62,134 bases of DNA, filler included, from Squatina squatina (GCA_031763465.1; 4 parts of 3 records of this genome joined end to end with filler, not necessarily neighbours in it), one strand, 5' to 3'; positions 1 through 13,232 are shown, counted from the first letter of the whole stretch. Made by a program: numbers and translations. Notes: generated by a model from the sequence alone, not told the origin.

Positions 1-562
1 ATAGAAGTGTGGAGCACAGGAGCAGGGACGTTATGCTAAACTTTTATAAAACGTTGGTTAGGCCCCAGCTAGAGTGTTGCGTCCAACTCTGGGCACCACA
101 ATTTAGGAAGGAAGTCAACGCCTTGGAAAGGTCTTGGAGTGGTAAAGTGGTACCAGCGATGTGGGACTTCAGTTACGTGGAGAGCCAAGAGAAGCTGGTA
201 TTATGACTCCTTGGAGCAGAGAAGGTTAAGGGGAGATTTGATCGAGGTGTTCAAAATCATGAAGGGTGTTGATAGAATAAATAAAGGGAAACTGTTTCCA
301 GTGGCTGAGGGCTGGTAACCAGAGGGGAGACTTAAGGTAAATAGCAAAAGAACCAGAGGCAAGATGATGATAAAAATTATGCAGCGAGTTATGAGGATCT
401 GGAACGCACTGTCTGACAGAGTGGTGGAAGCAGGTTCATTAGTTACTTTTAAAAGGGAATTGGATAAATGCTTGAAGGGGAAAGATTTATAGGGCAGTGG
501 GGAAAGAGCAGGGGAGTGGGCCTAATTGGATAGCTCTTTCAAAGAGCCAGCACAGGTACTAT
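1..562 (+). mobile_element. CR1-clade LINE, 3' end of ORF2 and 3' UTR (degenerate)
   Basis: Translates to MLNFYKTLVRPQLECCVQLWAPQFRKEVNALE, the typical CR1 RT C-terminal motif (LYKTLVRPHLEYCVQFWSP), with stops and frameshifts downstream. Confidence 0.85.
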
Positions 563-684
563 NNNNNNNNNNNNNNNNNNNNNNNNNNNNNNNNNNNNNN
601 NNNNNNNNNNNNNNNNNNNNNNNNNNNNNNNNNNNNNNNNNNNNNNNNNNNNNNNNNNNNNNGTCCAGTTAACCCTGCTGTGTG

Positions 685-1075
685 AAAGGAACAGGAGTAG
701 GCCATTCAGCCCCTCAGGCCTGTTTTGTCATTCAATCAGATCATGCCTGATTGCCTCAACTCCATTTACTTATCTTTGCTCGACATTCATTGATGCCCTT
801 ACCCAACAAAATCTACTGATCTTGGTCTTGAAAGCTCAACTAACCAAGAATCCAAAGGCTTTTTGGGGGAAGAGTGTTCCAGTTTCCAACTGGATAAACA
901 AGTGCTTCCTGATTTCACAGCTGAAAGGCCTACCTCAAATTTTAAGATCATCCTCTCTCTTGTTCTGGACTTCCCCACCATGGGAAATAGGTTCTCTGTC
1001 TACCCTATCAAATCCTTTAATCATTTAAACCCCTCAATTAGCTCACCCCTTAATTTTCTATACTCCAGGGAATGT
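685..1075 (-). mobile_element. CR1-clade LINE 3' end fragment
   Basis: aggagtaggccattcagccc...ttcaatcagatcatg is the reverse complement of the CR1 tail seen at 16620-16710 and 53020-53110. Confidence 0.75.
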
Positions 1076-1390
1076 AGTAGATTTTCAAGTAGGACTAGGT
1101 TTGTTTGTGACACACAACAGTTGAACAGCATGCCAGCACACTCTTTAGGCACACAGCAAATGGGGAGCATACCCAACCACTGACTCAGGGAGAAAGTACC
1201 TGGAAATGCACCAAGCAGCTTGTATCAATAAATCCCCCAAAATTGAAATTTTACAGGTATGTACAGAAACGCCACCTCATGCTCTCTCGGTAACCCAGCT
1301 CCCCAAAGAATTGCGTAGTTGGATTTCTGGGGGAAACCGAGCTTTCAAAGCCTTGACCCAAACTATCAGTTAGGTTTGCGTGCACTTTTA

Positions 1391-1615
<225 letters not shown>

Positions 1616-2180
1616 TCAATACAAAAACCGCACCGTGCAACGGCAGCAAGCCCCGATCGCGGTTAAAGGTTCAGCAAGAACTCTCGCTCCCACCCACAGG
1701 ACAGTGGACGTAGCACAGACTCCCAGAGAAGCCGGTTGGTTCAGGGTCAAATGGCACCTGTGCATGAGTACCTGTTGCAAAGGAGATTGTGGGTGGTGGA
1801 GTCATAACACTGCTTCAGTTTTTCCCCAGGTGAGATAGGGGAAGAGAAAGAGTGGATGGGAATGTGGGCCCATTAAGGACAGATGCAGGTGAGACTATGA
1901 GGCATAATACGGACATGGCAGATTGTTAAATTAATAGTTTGTGCCTGTTTTTCAGCAGAGAACGAGGACAAAATACAAGCAGTACAAGGGGGAAGAAGTC
2001 ACGTATTGGATTTCATGTTAAAAAACGGTAATGGAGAAATGCTTTTCGCTGTCTGTATCAATGACTTGGATGAAGGAACTNNNNNNNNNNNNNNNNNNNN
2101 NNNNNNNNNNNNNNNNNNNNNNNNNNNNNNNNNNNNNNNNNNNNNNNNNNNNNNNNNNNNNNNNNNNNNNNNNNNNNNNN

Positions 2181-4960
2181 TCTCACAGTCCTGTAACTAG
2201 GAGGTCCCTCTAACCTCTCACAGTCCTGTAACTAGGAGTTCTCTCTAACCTCTCACACACCTGTATCTAGGAGGTCCATCTAACCTCTCACAGTCCTGTA
2301 TCTCGGAGGTCCCTCGAACCTCTCTCTCACAGTCCTGTATCTAGGAGGTCCCTCTAAACTCTCTCTCTGAGTCCTGTAACTAGGAGGTCCCTCTAACCTC
2401 ACACAGTCCTGTATGTAGGAGGTCCCTCTAACCTCTCTCTCACTGTCCTGTAACGAGGAGGTTCCCATAACCTCTCTCTCACTGTCCTGTAACTAGGAGG
2501 TCCCTCTAACCTCTCACAGTCCTGTATCTAGGAGGTCCCTCTAACTTCTCTCAAACAGTCCTGTATTTAGGAGGTCCCACCAACCTCTCACAGTCCTGAA
2601 ACGAGGAGGTCCCTCTAACCTCTCACAGTCCTGTAACTAGGAGGTCCCTCAAACCTCTCACAGTCCTGTATCGAGGAGGTCCCTCGAACCTCTCTCTCAC
2701 GGTCCTGTAACTAGGAGGTCCCTCTAACCTCTCTCTCACAGTCCTGTAACTACGAGGTCCCTCTAACCTCTCTCTCGCAGTCCTGTAACTAGGAGGTCCC
2801 TCTAAAATCTCACAGTCCTGTAACTAGGACGTCCCTCCAACCTCTCACAGTCCTGTATCTAGGGGGTCCCTCGAACCTCTCTCTCACAGTCCTATAACGA
2901 GGAGGTTCCGATAACCTCTCTCTCACAGTCCTGTAACTAGGAGGTCCCTCTAACCTTGCTCTCTGAGTCCTGTAACTAGGAGGTCCCTCTAACCTCTCTC
3001 TCACAGTCCTGTAACTAGGAGGTCCCTCGAACCTCTCACAGTCCTGTATCGAGGAGGTCCCTCTAACCTCTCACAGTTCTGTATCTAGGAGGTCCCTCTA
3101 ACCTCTCACAGTCCTGTAACGAGGAGATCCTTCTAACCTCTCACAGTCCTGTATCGAGGAGGTCCCTCTAACCTCTCTCTCACAGTCCTGTAACTAGCAG
3201 GTTCCTGTAACCTCTCTCTCACTGTCCTGTAACTAGGAGGTTCCTCCAACCTCTCACAGTCCTGTATCGCGGAGGTCCCTCTAACCTCTCACAATCCTGT
3301 ATCGAGGAGGTCCCTCTAACCTCTCTCTGACAGTCCTGTAACTAGGAGGTCCCTCTACCCTCTCACAGACCTGTAACTAGGAGGTCCCTCTAACCTCTCA
3401 CTGTCCTGTATCGAGGAGGTCCATCTAACCTCTCACAGTCCTGTATCTAGGAGGTCCCTCTTACCTCTCTCTCACAGTCCTGTATCGAGGAGGTCCCTCT
3501 AACCTCTTTCTCTGAGTCCTGCAACTTGGAGGTCCCTCTAACCTCTCACAGTCCTGTAACTAGGAGGTCCCTCTAAACTCTCACAGTCCTGTATCGAGGA
3601 GGTCCCTCCAACCTCTCTCTCACAGTCCTGTAACTCGGAGGTTCCTGTAACCTATCTCTCAATGTCCTGTAACTAGGAGGTTCCTCTACCCTCTCACAGT
3701 CCTGTATCTAGGAGGTCCCTCTAACCTCTCACAGTCCTGTAACGAGGAGGTCCCTCAAACCTCTCACAGTCCTGTATCGAGGAGGTCCCTCGAACCTCTC
3801 TCTCTGAGTCCTGTAACTCGGAGGTTCCTATAACCTCTCTCTCACTGTCCTGGATCTAGGAGGTCCCGCTGACCTCTCACTGTCCTATATCGAGGAGGTC
3901 CCTCGAACCTCTCACAGTCCTGTGTCTAGGAGGTCCCTCTAACCTCTCTCTCACAGTCCTGTATCTAGGAGGTCCCTCTAACCTCTCTCTCTGAGTCCTG
4001 AAACGAGGATGTCCCTCTAACCTCTCACAGTCCTGTATCAAGGAGCTTCCTCTAAACTCTCACAGTCCTTTAACTAGGGGGTCCCTCTAACCTCTCGCAG
4101 TCCTGTATCTAGGAGGTCCCTTTAACCTCTCACAGTCCTGTAACTAGGAGGTCCCTCGAACCTCTCACAGTCCTGTAACTAGGAGAACCCTCTAACCTCT
4201 CTCTCACAGTCCTGTAACTAGGAGGTCCCTCGAACCTCTCTCTCACAGTCCTGTATCTAGGAGGTCCCTATAACCTCTCACAGTCCTGTAACTAGGAGGT
4301 CCCTCTAACCTCTCACAGTCCTGCAACTAGGAGGTCCCTCCAACCTCTCACAGTCCTGTATCTAGGAGGTCCCTTCAACCTCTCTCTCACAGTCCTGTAA
4401 CTAGGAGGTCCCTCTAACCTCTCTCTCACAGTCCTGTACCTAGGAGGTCCCTCTAACCTCTCTCTCACAGTCCTGTATCTAGGAGGTGCCTCGAACCTCT
4501 CTCTCACAGTCCTGTAACTAGGAGGTCCCTCTAACCTCTCTCTCACAGTCCTGTAACTCGGAGGTCCCTCTAACCTCTCTCTCACAGTCCTGTAACTAGG
4601 AGACCCGTCTAACCTCTCTCTCACAGTCCTGTAACTAGGAGGTCCCTCGAAACTCTCACAGTCCTGTAACTAGGAGATCCCTCTAACCTCTCTCTCACAG
4701 TCCTGTAATTAGGAGGTCCCTCTAGCCTCTCTCTCACAGTCCTATTTCTAGGAGGTCCCTCGAACATCTCTCTCACAGTCCTGTATCTCGGAGGTCCCTC
4801 GAACCTCTCTCTCACAGTCCTGGAACTAGGAGATCCCTCTAACCTCTCACAGTCCTGTATCTAGGAGGTCCCTCTAACCTCTCTCTCACAGTCCTGTAAC
4901 TAGGAGGTCCCTCTAACCTCTCACAGTCCTGTAACTAGGAGTTCTCTCTAACCTCTCACA
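2181..4960. repeat. Minisatellite array of 35/39-bp units (TCTCACAGTCCTGTAACTAGGAGGTCCCTCTAACC, with or without an extra TCTC)
   Basis: Continuous tandem units fill the whole 2.8-kb contig; both ends run into N gaps. Confidence 0.97.
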
Positions 4961-5060
4961 NNNNNNNNNNNNNNNNNNNNNNNNNNNNNNNNNNNNNNNN
5001 NNNNNNNNNNNNNNNNNNNNNNNNNNNNNNNNNNNNNNNNNNNNNNNNNNNNNNNNNNNN

Positions 5061-5440
5061 CTCCAGTGCCTCTATATCCCTTTTTATAATATGGAGAGCG
5101 GAACTGTGCCCAGTATTCCAAGTGTGGTCTAACCAAGGTTCGATACAAGTTTAGCATAACTCCTCTGCTTGAAATTCATTTGCCAGTTACATGCCCATTC
5201 TGCACTTCTATTAATGTCTTGTATTTTGTTGTGGTCTTTTTCAATATTTACTATGGATATTAATGATAACAGCCCATTTGCTAATTTTGACATAGTGTTT
5301 CCGAATCCCAAGTCTAAATCGTTATGTGAATGGTGAACATCAGTAGTCCCAGCACTGATCCCGTGGAATACCACTTTGCACCTTTTGCCAATCTGAGTGG
5401 CTACTCTTAACCCCGACTCTCTGTTTATGTTGTTGGCCAT
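5061..5440 (-). mobile_element. CR1 LINE RT fragments
   Basis: LNLYRTLVRPHLEYWAQFRSPYYKK and DWQKVQSGIPRDQCW (the SGVPQGSVLGP region) on the minus strand. Confidence 0.8.
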
Positions 5441-5789
5441 AGGTTAAAGCAGCAGCACCTCTGAATGTTACTGCTCCAGTCATTAACCGTGATCTTGCAG
5501 AGTATTGAGAGCCTGACCACACCTCTCTGATGTTGAAGCAGGTGGACTTTTGCATGGAGAAGGCCGTCCTCCTCAACATGATGAGTCTGAATGACTCTGG
5601 GCAAACTTGGTCAGGAATAAGAGAAGTTGAAATGGCGAGTGCTGGCGAGGGTGCAAACTTGAAAAAGTTACTGAGAGCAACAGTTGATGGAGCTGAATTA
5701 ACAATATTCAGGATGGGCATCAACTTGCTAGTTCTTCAGCATCTGTATGTGTCACCTGAGCTCCCTCAGAGGCTGGAACCCTGCTGATC

Positions 5790-6100
5790 TCATCCGTACT
5801 GAAGCTCCTACAGTAATTCGGGCCTCCTGCGCATCCCCGATTTTCATCGTTCCACCATTGACGGCCGTGCCTTCAGCTGCCTAGGTCCTAAACTCTGGAA
5901 TTCCCTCCCTAAACTTCTCCACCTCTCTCTCCTCCTTTTAAGATGTTCCTTAAAACCTACCTCTTTGATCAAGCCTTTGGTCACCTATCCTAATATTGCC
6001 TCGTTGCTCAGTGTCAAATTTTGTTTGATAATTGTTCCTGTGAAGAGCCCTGGGATGTTTTACTATGTTAATGGTGTTATGTAAATGCAAGTTGTTGTTT
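5790..6100 (+). mobile_element. L2-type LINE 3' end with (TTG)n-like tail
   Basis: gccttcagctgcctaggtcctaaactctggaattccctccct...taaatgcaagttgttgtt; the same motif recurs at 8230-8535, 15900-16000, 51200-51580 (minus) and 54900-55008. Confidence 0.75.
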
Positions 6101-7807
6101 GTATAAAAGGTGGGCAACACATTGGTTGAACGAAACAAAAGTCTTAATGTCAATCATAATTATTTTCGACTTTGAGTTTTAAAAAGGTATCATGAGACTC
6201 TCTAACTTAAAAGATGATAATTACAATTACAGCTTTACAATGACCCTTCAATTGTGCTACATCCTGTTCATACTAAAACTCGCAAAGACACATGATGAGT
6301 CAGGCTGTTGCCATTTTGTGCAGGTATTATATGATTAATGAGTACACTCCAGCCAGGCAGGATGGATGCTGTTGTCTCTGGGCTTGTTGTGGGACAGGTG
6401 GGGACCTAGGGGGAAGACGTTTATTGTACCATAGGGATGGTACGTGTATTTCTAACATATAACTGTATTTAACTTGTGTAAAATTGTAATCAGGATTTTA
6501 AGGGTGTATTTCAGACCATTTCACAAAAGTATCCTTCTTGTTTTTCAGTGGGCGAAGAACAGATCAGCTCAATAGGACGAGGAATCTGTGTGCTATTGGG
6601 CATCTCTGTAGAAGACACCCAGAAAGACATGGAATACATGTGAGTGATTTAAAAAAAAAAAATGCCCTCGTTCCACAAAAAGATGTGTTTTTGCAAACCA
6701 GAACACAGTCGGCTGACAAATTAAGATGGCGGCCGCAGGTGCACAGGCCTTCCCCTTTAAGAGGGCCATAGCAACGAAAGGTTTTGCTGTCACTGCAACA
6801 GCCCGGCGTTGCGGCCGCATCCTGCGGGTGAATTCTGCCCACGGGATGAAAAAGGGCCGCAAAGGGGGTTGCGGCTGCGCGTTGCGAGTCGGCGTGCACC
6901 TTTGACGTCACGCTGCGGAACTCAGCTGAGCAAGCCAAATTCCCCGGGAGGCAAGATGGCCACTTCCCGGCGCCGTTTTGTCCTGTTTCACCCTGTTAGC
7001 GCCCCTCAGAGGTGCTAATGGGCGGAACGGGCGATGAATTTCTAGTCTGTAGTATCCAGTATGTCCTCCAGTCCCTGCGGTGCCCACTGGCCATAGAAGG
7101 CCTCAAGTGTACTGGCAGACACCCCAGGCTCCTTGTCCAGGCCACCCGGGTGCGGACATAGCCGCAGAAGGGAGAGGGGCAGCCAGCTGGTATGTGTTAC
7201 AGAAGATAACAGCAAATGTGGGAATTAAAGGTTGCAGTTCTATCTCAATTTTGGCAGATAGTTGCAAAAGCTGCCTGAGTTATGTCCTTTCAGCTTATAA
7301 TGTTGCAAGCCCCCCAGTTGCAGAACTGTAACCTTACAATTGCCTCCACATTTACAATCTATAATTGGTAATTAACACCCTGACGCTGAAGTATTTTGTA
7401 AAGCAGAAGAAATGTTAGCCCGGAACTTGCAGTCCTGATGGCCGTGAACTGGCAGTGTTCGCTATATTTCGCCTTTGAAACTGACTGCAACTTCAGGATA
7501 GAGAGCATGTTCAGCCTCACACAGAAATCTTGAAGTTGTGGTCTGTCATTCACTACTCCGACACTGGCTGCACTGTGGACACCCCACCCAGAGTTAGGAA
7601 TCTGTGAAATCACCGATCTATGTAGCATTAGATAGGATGGATATATGACACAGAAACAGGCCATTCGGTCCAACCAGTCCATGCCGGCGTTTATGCTCCA
7701 CTTGAGCNNNNNNNNNNNNNNNNNNNNNNNNNNNNNNNNNNNNNNNNNNNNNNNNNNNNNNNNNNNNNNNNNNNNNNNNNNNNNNNNNNNNNNNNNNNNN
7801 NNNNNNN

Positions 7808-8220
7808 CGTAGCAAGATTCCGACAAATGAGATGAATGGCCAGTTAATCTGTTTAAGTGATGCTGGATGAACAAGAAGTACTGCCCAGGTCACCAAGGGG
7901 AACTCCCTGTTCATCTTCAAATAGTAGTGTGGGATCTTTAACATCAAGCTGAGCCAGGCCTTGGTTCAAGGTTTGTCCAAAGGATAGCAATGCTGCGCTC
8001 CCTCAGTACTGCTCTGAAATGGCACCTACTCAAACCCCATGACTTTCTCACTTAGAGAGAAGAATGCCAACAGCTAAGCCAAGCTGATACTCATTGTACA
8101 TTCAGCGTTTATCTCAGTAATAAAAGAAAGCTCTTGCATCTATATAGCACCTATCACGACCTCAGAATGTCGCAAAAACGCTTTACAGCCAATGAAGTAC
8201 TTTTGAAGCGTAGTCACAGC
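7808..8220 (-). mobile_element. Fragments of the tRNA-derived Deu-domain SINE
   Basis: Matches the more complete copy at 30913-31350 (ctttacagccaatgaagtacttttgaag; ctccctcagtactgc). Confidence 0.65.
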
Positions 8221-8224
8221 TGTA

Positions 8225-8535
8225 ATACAAGATCCTCCAATTCTGCCCTCTTAAGCATTCCTGATTATAATCGCTCCACCGTTGTTGACCGTGCCTTTGG
8301 CTGCCTAGGCCCGAGGCTCTGGAATTCCCTCCCTAAACCACTCCGCCTCTCAACCTCTCTCTTTCCTCCTTTAAGGCCCTCCTTAAGACCTACCTCTTTG
8401 ACCAAGCTTTTGGTCGTCTGCACTAATACCTCCTTATGCGGCTCGGTGTCAAATTTTGTTTTATAATACTCCTGTGAAGCACCTTGGGAAGTTTTACTAC
8501 GTTAAAAAGTGCTATATAAATACAAGTTGTTGTTA
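8225..8535 (+). mobile_element. L2-type LINE 3' end
   Basis: RAFGCLGPRLWNSLPKPLR motif, then the 3' UTR and a gttgttgtt tail. Confidence 0.75.
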
Positions 8536-9009
8536 TTGTTATGTTACTGAACCTTCTGCTGGTAACTTCCAAAAAGAAATCGGAATAAATAGATGCTCAT
8601 GAATCAGCAAACAGCATTTACAGCAAGTTTTAATGAAAAGGAACAACTTGCATTTATAAAGTTTCTTTCACGACCCCAGGACGTCCAAAAGCACTTAACA
8701 GCCAAAGAAGTACTTTAAAAGTGTAGTAAATTACTTGTTGNNNNNNNNNNNNNNNNNNNNNNNNNNNNNNNNNNNNNNNNNNNNNNNNNNNNNNNNNNNN
8801 NNNNNNNNNNNNNNNNNNNNNNNNNNNNNNNNNNNNNNNNGTGATGGGCAGCTGCGTCATGGGTGATGCCCTGTCCACTCGGACACCTTGGATACCGGAT
8901 TACTCACAAAGGTGGGATCAGGAAGCAGCTTAATGAACAGAGCAAGGCACTGTGAACCGAACAAGACAGCGGAGGGATTGGGCCAAGCTATTATTTTCTC
9001 TGTGCTCTA

Positions 9010-9255
9010 TCTTTGAAAGGGTCCCGATGGTGAGACTCTCTCTGATCAGGGGGTCTCCTGTTGAAACTGTCTCTTTGAAAAGGTCCCAATGGTAAGATTT
9101 ATTCTTTGAAAGGGGTCGCGATGATGAAAGCCCCTCTGTTAAAGCAGTCCCAATGGTGAGATTCCTTTTTGAAAGGGGTCCTGAGGGTGACCACTGAAAG
9201 TCTTGATGGTGAGACCCTCCCTTTGAAAGGGTCCTGATGTTAAGACTCTCTCTCG
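9010..9255. repeat. Degenerate ~33-bp minisatellite (CTTTGAAAGGGGTCCCGATGGTGAGACTCTCT)
   Basis: About 7 diverged tandem units directly upstream of the KCNN3 acceptor. Confidence 0.75.
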
Positions 9256-9298
9256 CTCACTTGCTTGCTCTATTATTCCCAATCCCTCGCTTCTCTAA

Positions 9299-9457
<159 letters not shown>

Positions 9458-9644
9458 TGAGTTCACGGCAAGGGGCAGCGACACGGATCCTTCAATCAGA
9501 ATCACAGGCAATGGCCGGGAGAGAGTTACAGGCTGGGATCTGATNNNNNNNNNNNNNNNNNNNNNNNNNNNNNNNNNNNNNNNNNNNNNNNNNNNNNNNN
9601 NNNNNNNNNNNNNNNNNNNNNNNNNNNNNNNNNNNNNNNNNNNN

Positions 9645-9686
9645 CCTCCTTCTCCTCCTCCTTCTCCTCCTTCTCCTCCTCCTCCT
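9645..9686. repeat. (CCT/TCT)n microsatellite
   Basis: cctccttctcctcctccttctcc... Confidence 0.85.
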
Positions 9687-9711
9687 TACAGCGTCGCCTC
9701 CTTTCCCGGGC

Positions 9712-10205
9712 ACAACAACTACTTGCCTTCAATGTAATAAAACGTCCCGAGGCGCTTTCACAGGAGCGTTATCAGACAAAATTTGACACTGAGTCGCATA
9801 AGGAGATATTAGGACAGCGATGTACTCAAGGTTGAGATCGGCAGATTTTTGAACTACAGGGGAGGCAAGGGTGACAAGGGGAACAGGCGGGAAAGTGGGG
9901 CCGAGGCCAGAATCAGATCAGCAGTGATCTCACTGGACGGCGGAGCAGGCTCGAAGGGCCGAGTGGCCTACTCCTGCTCCTTATGTTCTTACGTGTCCAA
10001 AAGCTTGGTCTAAGAGCTAGGTTTTAAGGAGTGTCTTAAAAAAGGAGAGGGGAGGTTGGGGGATGGAATTCCAGAGCTTAGGGCCCAGGTAGCTGAAGGC
10101 ATGGCCACCAACGGTGGAACGATTAAAACAGGGGATACCCAAGAGGCTAGAAATGGAGGAGCGCTGATATCTCGGAGGATTGTGGGATGATGGAGGTTAC
10201 AGAGG
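9712..10205 (-). mobile_element. L2-type 3' end (minus) interrupted by a CR1 3' tail (plus, about 9820-9990)
   Basis: L2 tail motifs on both sides of a gatcagatcagc...gcctactcctgctcc CR1 tail. Confidence 0.65.
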
Positions 10206-10375
10206 CAACAACTTGCATTTATATAGCACCTGTAGATGTAGTAAAATGTCCCACGACACAGTTCCATAGGCAACANNNNNNNNNNNNNNNNNNNNNNNNN
10301 NNNNNNNNNNNNNNNNNNNNNNNNNNNNNNNNNNNNNNNNNNNNNNNNNNNNNNNNNNNNNNNNNNNNNNNNNNN

Positions 10376-10959
10376 TCCATGTGAGGATGGTGTGTGACTT
10401 GGAGGAGAACTTGGAGGAAAGGTTGTTCCGATGCACTGGCTGCCTTTGTCCTTCTAGGTAGAGGTTGTGAGTTTGAGAGGTGCTGCCTAAGAAGTCTTGG
10501 CGAGTTGTTGTAGTGCATCTTGTAGATGGTACGCACAGCAGCCATGGTGCACCAGTGGTGGAGGGCGTAAATGTTTAAGGTGGTAGATGGAGTGTCAATC
10601 AAACGGGCTGCTTTGTCCTGAAGGGTATCAAGCTTCTTGAGTGTTGTTGGAGCTGCACACATTCAGATAAGTGGAAAGTATTCCATTACACTCCGGACTT
10701 GTGTATTGTAGATGATGGAAACGCTTTGGGGAGTAAGGAGGTGAGACACTTGTCGCAGAATACCCAGCTTATGACCTGCTCTTGTAGTTACAATATTTAT
10801 GTGGCTGGTCCAGTTAAGTTTCCAATCAATGGTAATCCCCTGCCTCACCCACCCTCCACCGCCACCCCTCAGCATGTTGATGGTGGGGGATTTGGCGATG
10901 GTAATGCCATTGAATATAAAGGGGCAGTGGTTAGACTCTCTCTTGTTGGAGATGGTCAT
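10376..10959 (-). mobile_element. LINE RT C-terminal fragment, second CR1/L2-group family
   Basis: GITIDWKLNWTSHINIVTTRAGHKLGILRQV...YNTQVRSVMEY and APTTLKKLDTLQDKAARLI. Confidence 0.85.
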
Positions 10960-11059
10960 NNNNNNNNNNNNNNNNNNNNNNNNNNNNNNNNNNNNNNNNN
11001 NNNNNNNNNNNNNNNNNNNNNNNNNNNNNNNNNNNNNNNNNNNNNNNNNNNNNNNNNNN

Positions 11060-11348
11060 ACTATTACGATACCGCCACGGGAAACGGTCAGTGGGCGTCT
11101 GATGACATCCCCGATGACCTGAACATCATCCACCGCGTGAGCGAGGCCGGCGAGACGATCGGCCTGCCGCAGGGCGTGCTGGCTGGCAAGCCCGGCGCCG
11201 ATCAGCACCCGCCGCTTTCACCCACCGACCGGCTTCGTGCCTGCCTGGCGAAGAACCCAGTCAGCGGCCTCATGGAGTATTCACAGGGTTCGGCACTGCA
11301 GTGCGAATTCATCCTCCTCGCCCAGACAGGGCCATCCCACGACCCTCG
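11060..11348 (+). CDS. ADAR: Double-stranded RNA adenosine deaminase ADAR1, 3' part of the large exon (start of dsRBD1); 5' end in gap
   Basis: NGQWASDDIPDDLN...CLAKNPVSGLMEYSQGSALQCEFILLAQTGPSHDPR|gtaag (human recalled as NGQWATDDIPDDLN...CQLKNPISGLLEYAQ...CEF...QSGPPHEPR). Confidence 0.93.
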
Positions 11349-12567
11349 GTAAGAGAAATCTTTTTAAACTCGTCGCGTGCGCAGACTCGGTTGTTGATGT
11401 CTCTTCCCCCTGGATCATACAGGCCCGACCGGAGGTTTCGAAACTTATTGTGTACCACTTTCCAGATCGACCAGCTGCCTGCGTACCCCCACCGGCAGAC
11501 AGCTTTAATAATTCAATGCCCAAGCATTGTGCAAAGTGTACGGTGATTGGAGGGTGAGGGCTCTGTACGTCATTGTATCTGTGTTCTCATTGGTGCATCT
11601 TAAAGTAAAGTAACTGCTTAATATAACAGATTCCCAGAGTTTCAAAGCTTTTTCTGAGTAGCCTATTGAAAAGTTGTAATTAATAAATAAAATCCACCAT
11701 TNNNNNNNNNNNNNNNNNNNNNNNNNNNNNNNNNNNNNNNNNNNNNNNNNNNNNNNNNNNNNNNNNNNNNNNNNNNNNNNNNNNNNNNNNNNNNNNNNNN
11801 NGACTCGAACCCACGACCTTCTGACTCGGGCGGAAGTGCCGCCCGCTGAAGAGGGGATCAGAGATGCTACAACTATTTGGCCTCCTGCCACCAGCACTAG
11901 GTTATTAATGAGTATTGAGATAAGCTGTGGTCCCAACACAGACTCCTGGTGAACACCACTGCTTACTCCAATCCAAAAACCTCCATTAACTCAGGCTCTG
12001 CTTTCTGACCTTTGCTTCCCATCCATGCCGCTTCACTCCCTTTAATACCGTCTGTACCTTAACTTTACCAATAAGGCAGCTTATCCAATGCCTTTTGAAT
12101 GTCCATATACACAGCATCCACTGCAATTCCTTTATCAACACCCTCCGTTACTTCCTCAAAGAACTATTTGCCCAATGCAACTTGGCTTTTTCAAATCTGT
12201 GCCAACCGTTCTTAATTCAGATTCGTCTCCCAACCACAACTCATTCTTTCCCAGGGTTTCAAGACCGTTGAACTCCTCACTTCCCTCATTTATTGCCTTC
12301 TTCAACCTGCCAGCTTCTTAAACACTGGTGGCATCTGAGTCCCGAAAAGCTGGATTTCCCTCATCCGTCCCTCATTCTTCCTGGGCCTTGGCCATTCCCC
12401 TGGCTTGCGCGAGCATAAGAAATGCACAGGCAGGAAAAGGCCATCAACCCACCCCACACTCGTACCTGGGAGCAGCGAGACTAGACACGAGGAATGCCCG
12501 CCAAAGATGGGGGGGAAGGGTGGTCCCTGCATCCCCAGTTTCTCTCTAAATACAATGGGGCACTCAC

Positions 12568-13232
12568 ACTTTGATCATCATCCTCGCTTTGCATGTGATC
12601 AGCAATGAACTCCACTCCGTCCATCGTCTCTTCGATCCTGTGCCCACGCAGCGATCTCTTCCGCTGGTCTCGGACCCCGTTGACACTGTCCGGCAGCTCC
12701 ACGAACTGCGCCCCGTACTCTCGCACGGAGGTCCGGTTGACGAGGCAGGTGCAGGGCTGGAGGCTGTCCCTGGGTGGAAGCCACCTGCTTCCTCCTCCCG
12801 CCAGCGCTCGACCCCGCTGCTGCCGCAGCCTCTGCTTGGCGCAGTTGTTCCGGGGCTGCTTCATGAAGAGGACGGCGGGCAGCTTGTCCAGGAACACCAG
12901 CTTGACCCAGAGGGGCATGGTGTGGGTGGTGGGCGAGCGGTGGTGTACGTTGAGCACGCACACGCTGGTCACGATAGAGAACGTCACCAGAACCATGGTG
13001 AACATTAGGTACTTGCCGATCAGCGGCACGTCCAGCGAGGTGGGGGGTACGATCTTGGAGATGAGGAGAAGGAAGACGGTGAGCGCCAGGAGCACAGAGA
13101 TGCAGAGGGTCATCTTCTCACCACAGTCCGAGGGCAGGTAGAAGACCAGGATGGCCAGTGAGGTGATGAGCATGCAGGGGATGAGGAGGTTGATGGTGTA
13201 GAAGAGCGGCTTCCTCCGTATGATGAAATCGT
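12568..13232 (-). CDS. CHRNB2: Neuronal nicotinic acetylcholine receptor beta-2, large exon (TM1-TM3 plus intracellular loop); 5' end in gap
   Basis: [70 protein letters not shown]...[15 protein letters not shown]|gtgagt; convergent with ADAR as in human. Confidence 0.95.

Noticed and set aside
2181-4960. CRISPR-like array or repetitive protein ORFs (RERLEGPPSYRTV)
   Set aside because: No unique spacers, and the context is eukaryotic; the ORFs arise only where 39-bp units run consecutively and break at 35-bp units
5530-5787. 85-aa ORF as a possible exon
   Set aside because: No recognisable homology or convincing splice pair; lies between LINE fragments
10699-11352. 217-aa ORF and other ORFs containing X runs
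   Set aside because: They span N gaps and join unrelated contigs; only the ADAR part is real
11802-11850. tRNA gene
   Set aside because: Only the tRNA-derived SINE head (B box, ttctgactc); same at 31290-31350, 53665-53750 and 59120-59170; no full cloverleaf
12571-13141. Plus-strand ORFs of 145-178 aa
   Set aside because: Antisense shadows of CHRNB2
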